From Prorocentrum cordatum (Eukaryota): a stretch of 64,000 nt of DNA. The position numbers were made by a program, and so were the translations under genes. The notes under the pieces are model-generated. The model was given only the letters and a program-made list of their open reading frames with translations, did not search any database and was not told the DNA's origin. Shown here piece by piece: positions 36,301 to 44,640 of this stretch. Every line of letters starts with the position of its first letter. Within the stretch, counting starts at the first letter, position 1. The stretch covers positions 248,001 through 312,000 of the forward strand of contig CAUYUJ010000226.1 of the NCBI GenBank assembly GCA_963575745.1, given 5' to 3'.

Positions 36301-39300
36301 TAGGGATAGGGATATGTTCCAGGCTGGTAATGCGTGTGGGCACGAACCTGCCGTAGTCATTGATCCCAGCGGCGCCCAGTGAGCCGAAGCGGACGCCCTC
36401 GAGCTCCCTTCGAGTTCCCCGGGATGTGTCTTGCGACGGGTCCCGCCACGCGCTGCAGCCTGGGGGATCCGCACCGTTGAGGCTTTGGCAGGAGCGGGAG
36501 CATGAGCAGGAGAAGAAGCAGTGGGAGGAGGATGAGCGGATCATTCAGCTATGAGGAGGAGGAGGAGGAGAAGGAGGAGGAGGAGGAGGAGGAGGAGGAG
36601 GCGTTGGAGTTCGAGTTGGAGGAGGAGGAGGAGGAGGAGGAGGAGGAGGAGGAGGAGGAGGAAGGGGAGGTGGAGGAGGAGGAGGAGGAGGATGGTCAGA
36701 TAACGCAGTCAGGAGGAGGGACAGGAGGAGGCAGGAGCAGGATATGGGGCGGGCAGGAGAAGCAGCAGCAGGGGGAGGAGGTGACAACCTGCTTCGATCA
36801 GCTCCCCCCATGGGGGCGACTGCCCCGGTGTGGGGATGGTCGCGGCCGAAGCGAACTCCGAGGCCGTCAGCGTCAGCGTCGTCGTCGTCCGTGATGCCGG
36901 AGGAAGATGAGGAGGGAGACCGGAAAGAGGCAACGTCGAGGGGAGGGGGGCACAGGGAGACAAGGGGGGGACGATACTCCCCCGCTTCCTCCTTTTCCCC
37001 TCCCCTCATCTTGCTTCTTCCCGCTCTCCTTCCTGTTCCACTCTCTCTCCCTCCTCCCACTCGTCCACCCCCCTTCTCCAACCCGTCTCTAAAACTCCGC
37101 CTCATCCTCCTCCTCCTCCTCCTCCTCCTCCTCCTCCTCCTCCTCCTCCTCCTCCTCATCTGTCTCATCATAATTCTTATTCTACGCACCCTTTCGGACG
37201 AGGCAGAGGAAGCTTTAAGTAGCTATTCTGACGCGCAGCCCGACCGTTCTCTTCAGGAGCGGGTTGGTACCACGCCAGTAGAGCGTTGGCTGCCTGAGAT
37301 TCATCACGCCAATTTGAAGTCGCACCAGGAGCTGCTCGTGGGAGACATTAACGCGCATCTCCAGGCCAAGCGTGCCGGAATCCCCCAAAAGAGCGCTGCG
37401 CAAGCCAGTGCGCTGCCAGGACACGCGAGGCCTCCACTACCCGCGCGCGATCTGTCCCAGGCCCTTGCTCTGCAGCCTCACTGGGACGCCAGAGAAGTCT
37501 CTAGCACAGCGCAGCTTCCCTTTTGCAAAGCGTGCGAGGGAAGGCCATGGCCCGTCTCGCGAACGAGAAGAGTTCGACTCGACTGCCTCAAGTGCGCTCC
37601 CACTCGGCCACCAGCGTGCCACTTGTGTGGGCTTCTCGCTCATGATGGGCGCTGGCGCAGTGTTCAGACATGAAAGGCAGGCAAGGGGGTTACACTGCTG
37701 AGCGTGTTGTATGGATGATCTCCTCTGCAGGAGAAGGAAGGTATCATTGTCTGGTTCGATCGCAGGTCACATGAGTTTCCCAACATCTTTCAGGTGCCTG
37801 ACAGCTGAGCCAGCTAACTCATTTGTTGCCATCCGCAGTGCTTGCCCATGCATTCTGCCCTCCTCTTCTAGACGCTCTCTTTTGCACTTTGGATCTGGTG
37901 CGCTGCAGGTTGGTCCAGATTCTCCGCCTGTGGGACGCCCCCCATCCGACTCCCCATCGTCTGCACGCGTGCCGTCCCAGTCGCCCTGTGCGGCGTGCAG
38001 CCTGCCATGTCTTAGTGGTGAGAGCCTTGCGTTCCGCCGGGCAGAGCCGACCGTGAGCATTCGTCCGTGCACTCGCCTCTCAGTTGCTCTCTGTGCCGTT
38101 CTAAGCCTCCGCTGCTGCGCGCAGTGCGCCCGCCCCCACGGCGCGCCCAGGCCTCTACCTCTCAGTTGGGGGCACCTGCCCGTCCTCGCTTCGTGCGTGC
38201 CCCTCCCCGGTGCAGGTGACCACCTCGGGCGGATCAGCGCTGGCCGTCCGTCTCTGCGTTGCAGCGTCTGGCTTGCTCGGCCGCCGTCCTGCAGGGGCTG
38301 CATCTGTGGCAGGCGGCCCGACGCCCCATGTGGCATCCCGGGCCCTTTTGTTTCAGGTCCTGCGTCTCCCTCTCCTCCTCCTCCTCCTCCTCCTCCTCCT
38401 CCTCCTCCTCCTCCTCCTCCTCCTCCTCCTCCTCCTCCTCCTCCTCCTAGCTGCCATCTCCTCCCAAACCCACATTCAGCAGCGGCAGCGACCCCCTCGC
38501 TCCCAGAGAGATTTAGCGTTCAATCACCTTATACCAGCCTGGCTCGGCCTCCGATGCATTTGGCGAGCCTATACAGGGGGCTGATGGTGGGCCTCCTGCG
38601 CGTCGCCCTCTACAACCCCCTCTCCCTTGTTCCCGCAGGCCGCCTCAGGGAGATCGCGGAAACCCTGAACTGTGACTTGATTATGATGCCAGGGACAAGG
38701 GTGAGGGAATGGACAGGCCGAGAGTTTCACACAGAAGATATTGGCAATAAATATACAGCTATCCACTTCGGCTGGCAGAGAGCTCCTTTCAGCAACAACA
38801 GCGCGGGGGTATGCATAGTACTTGGACGAAGATTGAAGCGACAACATGTGTATGCAGTACAGGCAGGACCACGAAGTATTGCAGGCAGATATGGAGAAAT
38901 CAGAATTAAGAGTGGACATATTGATTTGACGGCTATATGTGCATACCCCCCACCTATATACGCGAGTGGACATAAAAGACGAGCGCAGATCCAGGCGGCC
39001 ACGACAGTTATGAAACATGTTCGACACCGACTAGAATTAACCCGAGCGAGAAGTACACCGATATGTGGTTTGGATATAAACTCTGGGTTTGGGCTCTGGG
39101 AAGACGGCACCCCCGTGGATCTCGACCAGGACCTCCTAGGGCCCCATCACCTTCGACCAAACGGACCCGCAGGCGAAATTTTTTCGAACATGCTCCTCGA
39201 TCTCGGAATGATGTCACCAGGGACTTTCTGGCCAAAGGCAGGACCCGCATATTTCGGGGCCCAGGGAGACACATCAACATTGGATATCTTCGCCATTCCT

Positions 39301-42300
39301 AAAGGTCTCGGGCCAGGGATTCGCCACTGCAGTGTCGCATGGCAAGCAGGTCGAAGTCTCCAGCTGATCCCCAAGAGCGCCCCCCGCGACCATGTCCCTG
39401 TCGTCCTGGAAATGCAATATGAGCTCCCCATCCCGACACCACTGGCTCCAAAAGCAAGATGGGATTTTCAGAAGCTCTCCGCAGCACTTCAGACGGGCAT
39501 CGGGAGGGAGGAGTTTCATCATGAGTTGGAGACAGCTATGCTGGCACAAGCAGACTATTTCCATGAGTGCGCCACGAGCCATCAGCACACGGACGACTTC
39601 TATGACAAGTGGGCGGAGATTGTACAGCAGATCGGACTTCAACATTTCGCATTGGAGAATAGATCTACCGACACAGCGGAACACCGACTCCAACAAGAAC
39701 GTGTATCCCTGGTTAAACAGCGCAAGATTTACAGACTCGAGGCAGCAGAGCACTGGAAGGCATATGGACACCTTCCTGATTTTACGGATGAGTACCTTGG
39801 CGTTTTGGCTAAGATCAAACGCATTTCATGCCAACTCAGACGTTGGGCTCGACGGCGTCGAGCAGCACACCGCGAACGCCTACGTCAAGAATTGCGTGAG
39901 GCACGAGCTTTGGGCCAGCAAGCCGAAGTACACAAGCTTGCACGCCTGCTCTCTGGACGATCAACTGGTGTGAAGAACCGACGTTACAATACTATTTCTT
40001 CTTATAAGCCGTCACTGGACGAACTGAAAGGACATCTCGCACGACACGGATCAGATGGGGGCATGGAAGCGACACATATTCCCGATTTGAATCTCATGCT
40101 CCGCGACTTCCTCTCGGAGGAACCACCCATCATCAAGCAGCGCAACACCAGCATGGAGATCACCGCCTCTGTCATGGTCCGACAAATGATATGGAAGTTA
40201 AGACGAGCCCGTGGCAGACGCTGTGGGCCGAAGTGGAGTGTACCATCGGAACTGGCATTAATAGTACTTGCACCTGGACATCTTTCGAAGCAGCGATATT
40301 CCAAGTTCGGCCTGGGGTACGGCGTCACCTCTGTGCATCACGACGCACCAGATGAGCGACAAGGATTGGGCCACCAAGGGCAGACTTCGCCGCCAACTGT
40401 CGCCGCGACCCCCAGCTGGATACCCCAGGCCCAGGACAAACAACATCAGGACCAGGCTCCCACGTCGGAGGCTGGCAGGCTACCTCTACGTTGGACCACC
40501 GCCGACGAGGATGACGCTGACCCATTCGCAGAGATCGACAACCTCGATCACGACACACATGCAGCGGAATCGGAGGTACCAGCCGAGCCTCCTCCCCCTC
40601 CTGAACCTCGGACAGGGCAGCCAACTACGCTCGATTCAGGACGGGAAGCCTCAGAAGAACAACGAGCCCCTGACGGACGTGAACACATCTTGGCTACAAC
40701 AGCTGAGATGACGAGAGCACGCCTGGAGTTCGAAAATATTCTGATTCGGTCTTTCGAGGTGGGGCAGCTCCCCACCAAGTCTAGTATCACTGAGGGGATC
40801 CTGCTTGACAAGTCCAACGGCAAGTCTAACATGTTTAGCCAGAGGATAGTACATTTATCGGATGTGTTTTGGAAATATTGGTATTCAGTACTATACAGCT
40901 GGGGGGATAAAGATGAGGCATATGACAAATCGTTTTCGGGACGATGGCATGGATTCCTGAAGTATCGGAGGAGGGAGGGGGCCATACTAGTACAACTACG
41001 ACTAGGCTGGTCTCTGCGAAAAGCCAGGATCCCCCATGTATGCGAGCTTCACGACATGACGAACGCTTTCTTATGTCCATCCACGGAGGATCTTTTAACC
41101 CATACCTCCGAAGTAATGGTGCGCGAGGACCTACAGGACTTCGCGAAGCAGCGCCTGATCAACAGTGTGGTTTTAATTGAAGTAGATAACAAGCCCGAAG
41201 CATTTATTACCAGGAATGGGGGGCTCCAAGGGTCATGTGAGGCACCTCGGCAATTCGTCGGCGTCTTCGACCAGTGTTATGACGAAATCATCGAGATCGA
41301 CGGGACCCCCATATATCTTTCAGGAGTTTTTGGCAACACGGCTTTAGATTGTTCAATGGTAGGTTTTGCAGATGATTTATTTCGGCGACGCATTCTAGAA
41401 GATCCCTCGGCGTCTGAGGCTCTAGAGGCAATCCGAGAAGGCGACTCGAAGATGAATCAGGTCCTGGGAAAATGGCGCTTTCAGCAGAACATGCAAAAGA
41501 AAGACATCATACCCGGCCTGGGATCCACACGAGAAAACCGTCGCCTTCAGGAGATTTGCCCTGAGTCGTGTGGCACTGTTCGCAGTCATGCTAGGCATCT
41601 GGGAGCTCGACATCATATGAATGGCTCTAATGCTCCAGAGGTACAGTGCAGAATCCGCTCTATGCACGCGGGCTGGTCTGTCATAGGTCTATTTTGGCAC
41701 GAGCGTGGTTTGCATCGACTTAAGCGCGAGCTCTTTCTTGGCAAAGTCGTGGAAAGTGGCATCACGGGTCTTGAAGCATTTGTCCTTAAGCCAGCAGAGT
41801 ATCAGAAGATAGATTCCTGTGCTGTAAGATACCTCAGAGTTCTATTGCGGGGTGCTGCCACTTCCTACGATGGGCCACACGTTCGCACACTTCGGAATTC
41901 AGAGGTGCTCTACAGATTTCGCATCCTCCCTGCTCGGGGGGAACTGGCGGCGCGCAGGATTCGGTGGCTTCAAGGCATGCTCGCCCGCCGTCGCGCCCAC
42001 AGCCAAACGATCGCGGCGATCTTCGGTCATTTACAGAAGGAGAGACCGACGCTGTTGCCAGACGGACAGCTCAGCATCGACGCGAATCCCTGGGCAAAAG
42101 AGTTTCATCGCAGCCTGTACCTTTACGAGGGGATCAGTGGGACCGAGAGTTTCTTCGAGGCTTGGGAGGCGGCTGGGTTTTCGTGGAAAGCCCTATTCGA
42201 ACCCAACTCTGACTCGTTCCAGGAGTTTCTGAATATTGACCCCTCGATCTTGAGAGCAGCAGCGTTCACGGATTACGACAAATGAAGTACTCTATTCCCC

Positions 42301-44640
42301 GAAGTACAGAACCCCGAAGCCAAAAGCGAACACGTATACACATGCATGATCACGGACCCCGAGGGAAACCCATGCGGCCTCCAGTTCGACACCTACAGGG
42401 CTCTCATGGGACACCAAACAAATGGACATAAGATGAAATATATACTTCATAGTGGAGTCATTACGAACCAGTGCCCAAATTGTATGAGTATATTCAGAGA
42501 TGTACACAATGCTCGCAAACATCTGAAACATTATTATGGATATGGCCGATGTCTAATGGGAAGAGCTCACATGTCTTGGGAACCCGAGCAGAAAGACGAA
42601 TGGAACTGTCCTCTATGCCCGAGTTCCGTAGTGCTTCCATCGAGCATCGATTACTTTCGCCACCTGCAAGACGAGCATCTACCCAGACCTCTTTCGACAC
42701 TATTTTACCATGCCTGGCGCCCTGGCGGCACTGACTGGATCAGCAGCGGGCTCGGGCGGAGACGGGGGCCAGGGCCTTCGCGACGAGAGGAAGAAGGGCC
42801 GCGCCGAGGGCGGCACGAAGGAAGAGTCCAAGCAGATCGCCGAGCAGATCCCCGACAAACAGAAGAAGCTCTTCGCACTCATGCTGAAGCAGATCCTCAG
42901 GCTCAGCCAGCAGTGCCGCGACATGTCAGGGGTCATCTTCGACACTCTCATCGTCCCGATGACGGTCGCATTCATTACGATGATGAGCGAACAGACCGTG
43001 GCCTACGCCGCCGAGACCAAGTCAAAGGGCAAAGAGCACACCCTCGGACCTCCGCACATATATGCGATGGGCGGCCTCATCAAGGGACTCATGACGTACG
43101 GGGACAGCCTCGGAGCCCAGAACCACACCGACCTCGCGACAGCATGGAAGGAGTACGACGGGTACTCAGTCGAGCAGAAGTGCGAGTTAATTCTATTCTG
43201 CCGCCAGGACAAGGTCTTCCAGAAGGAACGTCGCAGGATCACCTTCGCCACCAGGGACGCGAAGTTCCGCAGCATTCTACTGGCCTGCCTCTCCCAAGTG
43301 CCACAGACGACACGCAAGTACGGCAGAGCCCCAGCATCGTTCATGGAGCGGGAGATTCAGACCTTCCTGGAGGCCCTACTGAAGTGAACCATCAAGTGCG
43401 AGCTAATATACCTGAGATTGGTCTGAGCTCGGCATAGCCGAGCATTTTGTTGACTGATTATCATGACCGCTCGGACATCATTTTGGAAATACCCGATATA
43501 TGCGATTTGGTACAAGATACTCCATCGAGACCAACGGGGGCCAGCTCAGCTTCGAGTTCTAGTAGGCCCGCGCCTGTGCCCCCGCCCACTCCTGTGAGTC
43601 ATTCGCCTCCCCCTCCTCCTCCTCGCACTGAAAAGCAGATAGTTACTGAATATTTGGCCTCTCGAGGGATCTACCCAGGGTCTCAGAGGTTTTCTGTTTT
43701 CGCTAGCAGTAGAAACATTCTTGACATTGCTAAGAAAGCAAGAGGTCAACCCTGAATCTAGAGTCACCACAATCCCCTGTGGCTACCTCATGCGTCGGTG
43801 GCTGCAGGGGCCAGGACGGCCCCGTGCGGGGCCTTGTCTGCGGCCCTGGTGCGTAGAGCTTCGGCATCGGCACTCACTCCAAAGAGAAGGTTCACCGCGC
43901 CACGATGCCTCCAGTCAGTCTTGAATGTTCTCAGGGCCCACTGCTGCGCGATTTTGACATTGAGTGAGTACAGTACTCACTGGACTACCAGACAACATGG
44001 CGTTAAGAGTGTGCGTATCGTATCCTCCTCCTCCTCCTCCTCCTCCTCCTCCTCCTCCTCCTCCTCCTTTCTCTCCCCTCCCTCTCCGTGTCCGTCCCTC
44101 CCGACTCGGTTGGGTTTCCCGCGCCCTCCTCCCAGGCTGATTGCTTGAAACTTTCATCTCGGTTCTGCCTGGGTCAGGGGCGCTAGCCCGCAGGCGATTG
44201 ATGCACATGTCTTACGCCGCGTGCATTTCATACTTGAGTTCTTTACAGCCTGACTATGAGCCGTTATCCGATCCGATCCGATCCCTCCTCAGCGTCCTCG
44301 CCGTCCTCCCCCCTTCTCCATCCGCTCCGCCCTCCCCCCACCCGTACCGGTGCACCTTCCCCTCCTGTCCTGCCCTTTCTCTCCTTTCTTCCTCGTGTCC
44401 TACCGCTTCCGTGTTGGGCCCTCTCTCCTTCCTCCTCCCTCCCTTTTCCCCTTCCCGCCCTCCTCCCGCGCCCTTGAGACCTGGCCCCCGTGAGTCTCGA
44501 GTCTCCTCCCTGCTCCCTCGCCGTCCTTCTCCCTCGCCGTCCCTCCTTCTCCCCGCCGTCAGCTCTCCACCCCCCCCCTCCCGCGCGGCCGCCGCAGGGA
44601 CCGCGAGTCCATCGCGGAGCACGCCCTGGACCGGGTGCAG
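21370..44640 (+). CDS. Candidate multi-exon host gene (coiled-coil-like): exons about 21370-21445, 24517-24571/4, 26850-26885, 28157-?, 32657-32683, 35352-?, 44598-44640
   Basis: Each exon starts at AG|G and most end AG|GA or AG|GC. The first four join in phase: VLEQQLGCLQEGRSRSVEAEELRR-RLAKVEAEQNALCDGEQFE-AGALDVTIQELK-DGDALERF. Later peptides are DAITKQLEE and DRESIAEHALDRVQ. Confidence 0.5.
24859..25185 (+). pseudogene. Possible decayed retroviral-type aspartic protease fragment (LTR element relic)
   Basis: WPVIDSGC resembles the D[ST]G motif, followed later by PIIS, in a lower-GC block. Confidence 0.3.
25755..25978. repeat. Palindrome-rich (gccgatgcatcggc) repeat with agatggggtc/gaccccatct ends
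   Basis: Related blocks at about 808-870 and 1858-2017. Confidence 0.65.
28021..28140. mobile_element. MITE family E copy 2
   Basis: Same TIRs as 1703-1854. Confidence 0.75.
28304..28493. mobile_element. MITE family B copy 2 (5-bp TSD GCCTG)
   Basis: Same internal sequence; GCCTG at 28299-303 and 28494-98. Confidence 0.9.
29399..30123 (+). repeat. 73-bp minisatellite, 10 near-identical units
   Basis: ggggtggcaccgaatttcagaaatgtggcaaatcccctgtgtttttggaccctgaccccgcggatctgcgtga repeated head to tail with no unique spacers. Confidence 0.95.
31578..31742. mobile_element. TA-duplicating MITE family A copy 2
   Basis: Same TIRs and internal sequence; TA on both flanks. Confidence 0.85.
31918..32089. 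mobile_element. MITE family C (TCGGGG..TGGACAGA TIR, 5-bp TSD CGTTG)
   Basis: TIRs TCGGGGGTGGACAGA / TCTGTCCATCCCCGA; CGTTG on both flanks. Confidence 0.9.
33166..33337. mobile_element. MITE family C copy 2 (5-bp TSD TATGT)
   Basis: 172-bp near-identical copy; TATGT on both flanks. Confidence 0.9.
34360..34930. repeat. Degenerate short-period (ggcccaaga-type) dispersed repeat
   Basis: Related tracts at about 55-300, 27440-27600, 52835-53280 (reverse) and 56780-57130. Confidence 0.6.
35488..35682. mobile_element. MITE family B copy 3 (5-bp TSD GAGGC)
   Basis: Same internal sequence; GAGGC at 35483-87 and 35683-87. Confidence 0.9.
36165..36330. mobile_element. Fold-back (near fully palindromic) element
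   Basis: Outer arms ttacca..gcctcgaacgtatccctatcccta / tagggatagggatatgttccaggctggtaa; inner arms cgatggcaatcttagggattc / gaatccctaagattggcatcg. Confidence 0.7.
37158..37700 (+). other. Cys-rich coding-like segment (CKAC, CLKC, CHLC) in a block between two (CCT)n tracts, possibly retroelement-derived
   Basis: 3' half of ORF 36744..37673 is non-repetitive with three CxxC pairs; no clear ATG. Confidence 0.4.
38554..42285 (+). CDS. LINE pol: apurinic-like endonuclease + reverse transcriptase (likely start 38554 or 38584 rather than 37711)
   Basis: APE motifs RVALYN, SAGVCI, CAYPP, GLDINS, TLDIF, RDHVPV (DH at 39388-93). RT motifs LHDMTNAF, NGGLQGSCEAPRQF, GFADDL (41362-79), ARHLG. Confidence 0.92.
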   Translation: MHLASLYRGLMVGLLRVALYNPLSLVPAGRLREIAETLNCDLIMMPGTRVREWTGREFHTEDIGNKYTAIHFGWQRAPFSNNSAGVCIVLGRRLKRQHVYAVQAGPRSIAGRYGEIRIKSGHIDLTAICAYPPPIYASGHKRRAQIQAATTVMKHVRHRLELTRARSTPICGLDINSGFGLWEDGTPVDLDQDLLGPHHLRPNGPAGEIFSNMLLDLGMMSPGTFWPKAGPAYFGAQGDTSTLDIFAIPKGLGPGIRHCSVAWQAGRSLQLIPKSAPRDHVPVVLEMQYELPIPTPLAPKARWDFQKLSAALQTGIGREEFHHELETAMLAQADYFHECATSHQHTDDFYDKWAEIVQQIGLQHFALENRSTDTAEHRLQQERVSLVKQRKIYRLEAAEHWKAYGHLPDFTDEYLGVLAKIKRISCQLRRWARRRRAAHRERLRQELREARALGQQAEVHKLARLLSGRSTGVKNRRYNTISSYKPSLDELKGHLARHGSDGGMEATHIPDLNLMLRDFLSEEPPIIKQRNTSMEITASVMVRQMIWKLRRARGRRCGPKWSVPSELALIVLAPGHLSKQRYSKFGLGYGVTSVHHDAPDERQGLGHQGQTSPPTVAATPSWIPQAQDKQHQDQAPTSEAGRLPLRWTTADEDDADPFAEIDNLDHDTHAAESEVPAEPPPPPEPRTGQPTTLDSGREASEEQRAPDGREHILATTAEMTRARLEFENILIRSFEVGQLPTKSSITEGILLDKSNGKSNMFSQRIVHLSDVFWKYWYSVLYSWGDKDEAYDKSFSGRWHGFLKYRRREGAILVQLRLGWSLRKARIPHVCELHDMTNAFLCPSTEDLLTHTSEVMVREDLQDFAKQRLINSVVLIEVDNKPEAFITRNGGLQGSCEAPRQFVGVFDQCYDEIIEIDGTPIYLSGVFGNTALDCSMVGFADDLFRRRILEDPSASEALEAIREGDSKMNQVLGKWRFQQNMQKKDIIPGLGSTRENRRLQEICPESCGTVRSHARHLGARHHMNGSNAPEVQCRIRSMHAGWSVIGLFWHERGLHRLKRELFLGKVVESGITGLEAFVLKPAEYQKIDSCAVRYLRVLLRGAATSYDGPHVRTLRNSEVLYRFRILPARGELAARRIRWLQGMLARRRAHSQTIAAIFGHLQKERPTLLPDGQLSIDANPWAKEFHRSLYLYEGISGTESFFEAWEAAGFSWKALFEPNSDSFQEFLNIDPSILRAAAFTDYDK
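42286..42710 (+). CDS. C2H2 zinc-finger extension in frame with pol behind a single TGA
   Basis: YTCMITDPEGNPCGLQFDTYRALMGHQTNGH, CPNCMSIFRDVHNARKHLKH, CPLCP...HLQDEH. Same frame as pol; the frame stays open to 43437. Confidence 0.75.
42710..43387 (+). CDS. Intact 225-aa protein of unknown function within the 3' part of the retroelement
   Basis: ATG-TGA ORF with protein-like composition, predicted amphipathic helices and strong G/C third-position bias, unlike neighbouring spurious ORFs. Confidence 0.8.
   Translation: MPGALAALTGSAAGSGGDGGQGLRDERKKGRAEGGTKEESKQIAEQIPDKQKKLFALMLKQILRLSQQCRDMSGVIFDTLIVPMTVAFITMMSEQTVAYAAETKSKGKEHTLGPPHIYAMGGLIKGLMTYGDSLGAQNHTDLATAWKEYDGYSVEQKCELILFCRQDKVFQKERRRITFATRDAKFRSILLACLSQVPQTTRKYGRAPASFMEREIQTFLEALLK

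Larger units (their letters stand above)
38449..44067 (+). mobile_element. Non-LTR retrotransposon (APE-endonuclease + RT LINE) bounded by (CCT)n tracts
   Basis: Lower-GC, non-repetitive block between (CCT)~25 at 38374-38448 and (TCC)n at about 44022-44067, containing the pol ORF, zinc-finger extension, 3' ORF and a 3' hairpin. Confidence 0.88.

Noticed and set aside
37711..38553. N-terminal 281 aa of the 1524-aa ORF as real pol sequence
   Set aside because: It runs through a (CCT)n poly-Pro tract and lacks motifs; the APE domain starts right after Met 38554/38584.
42710..43437. C-terminal part of ORF 42346..43437 as functional protein
   Set aside because: Beyond about 42710 it reads as the Arg/Gly-rich shadow of the overlapping GC3-rich 225-aa ORF.
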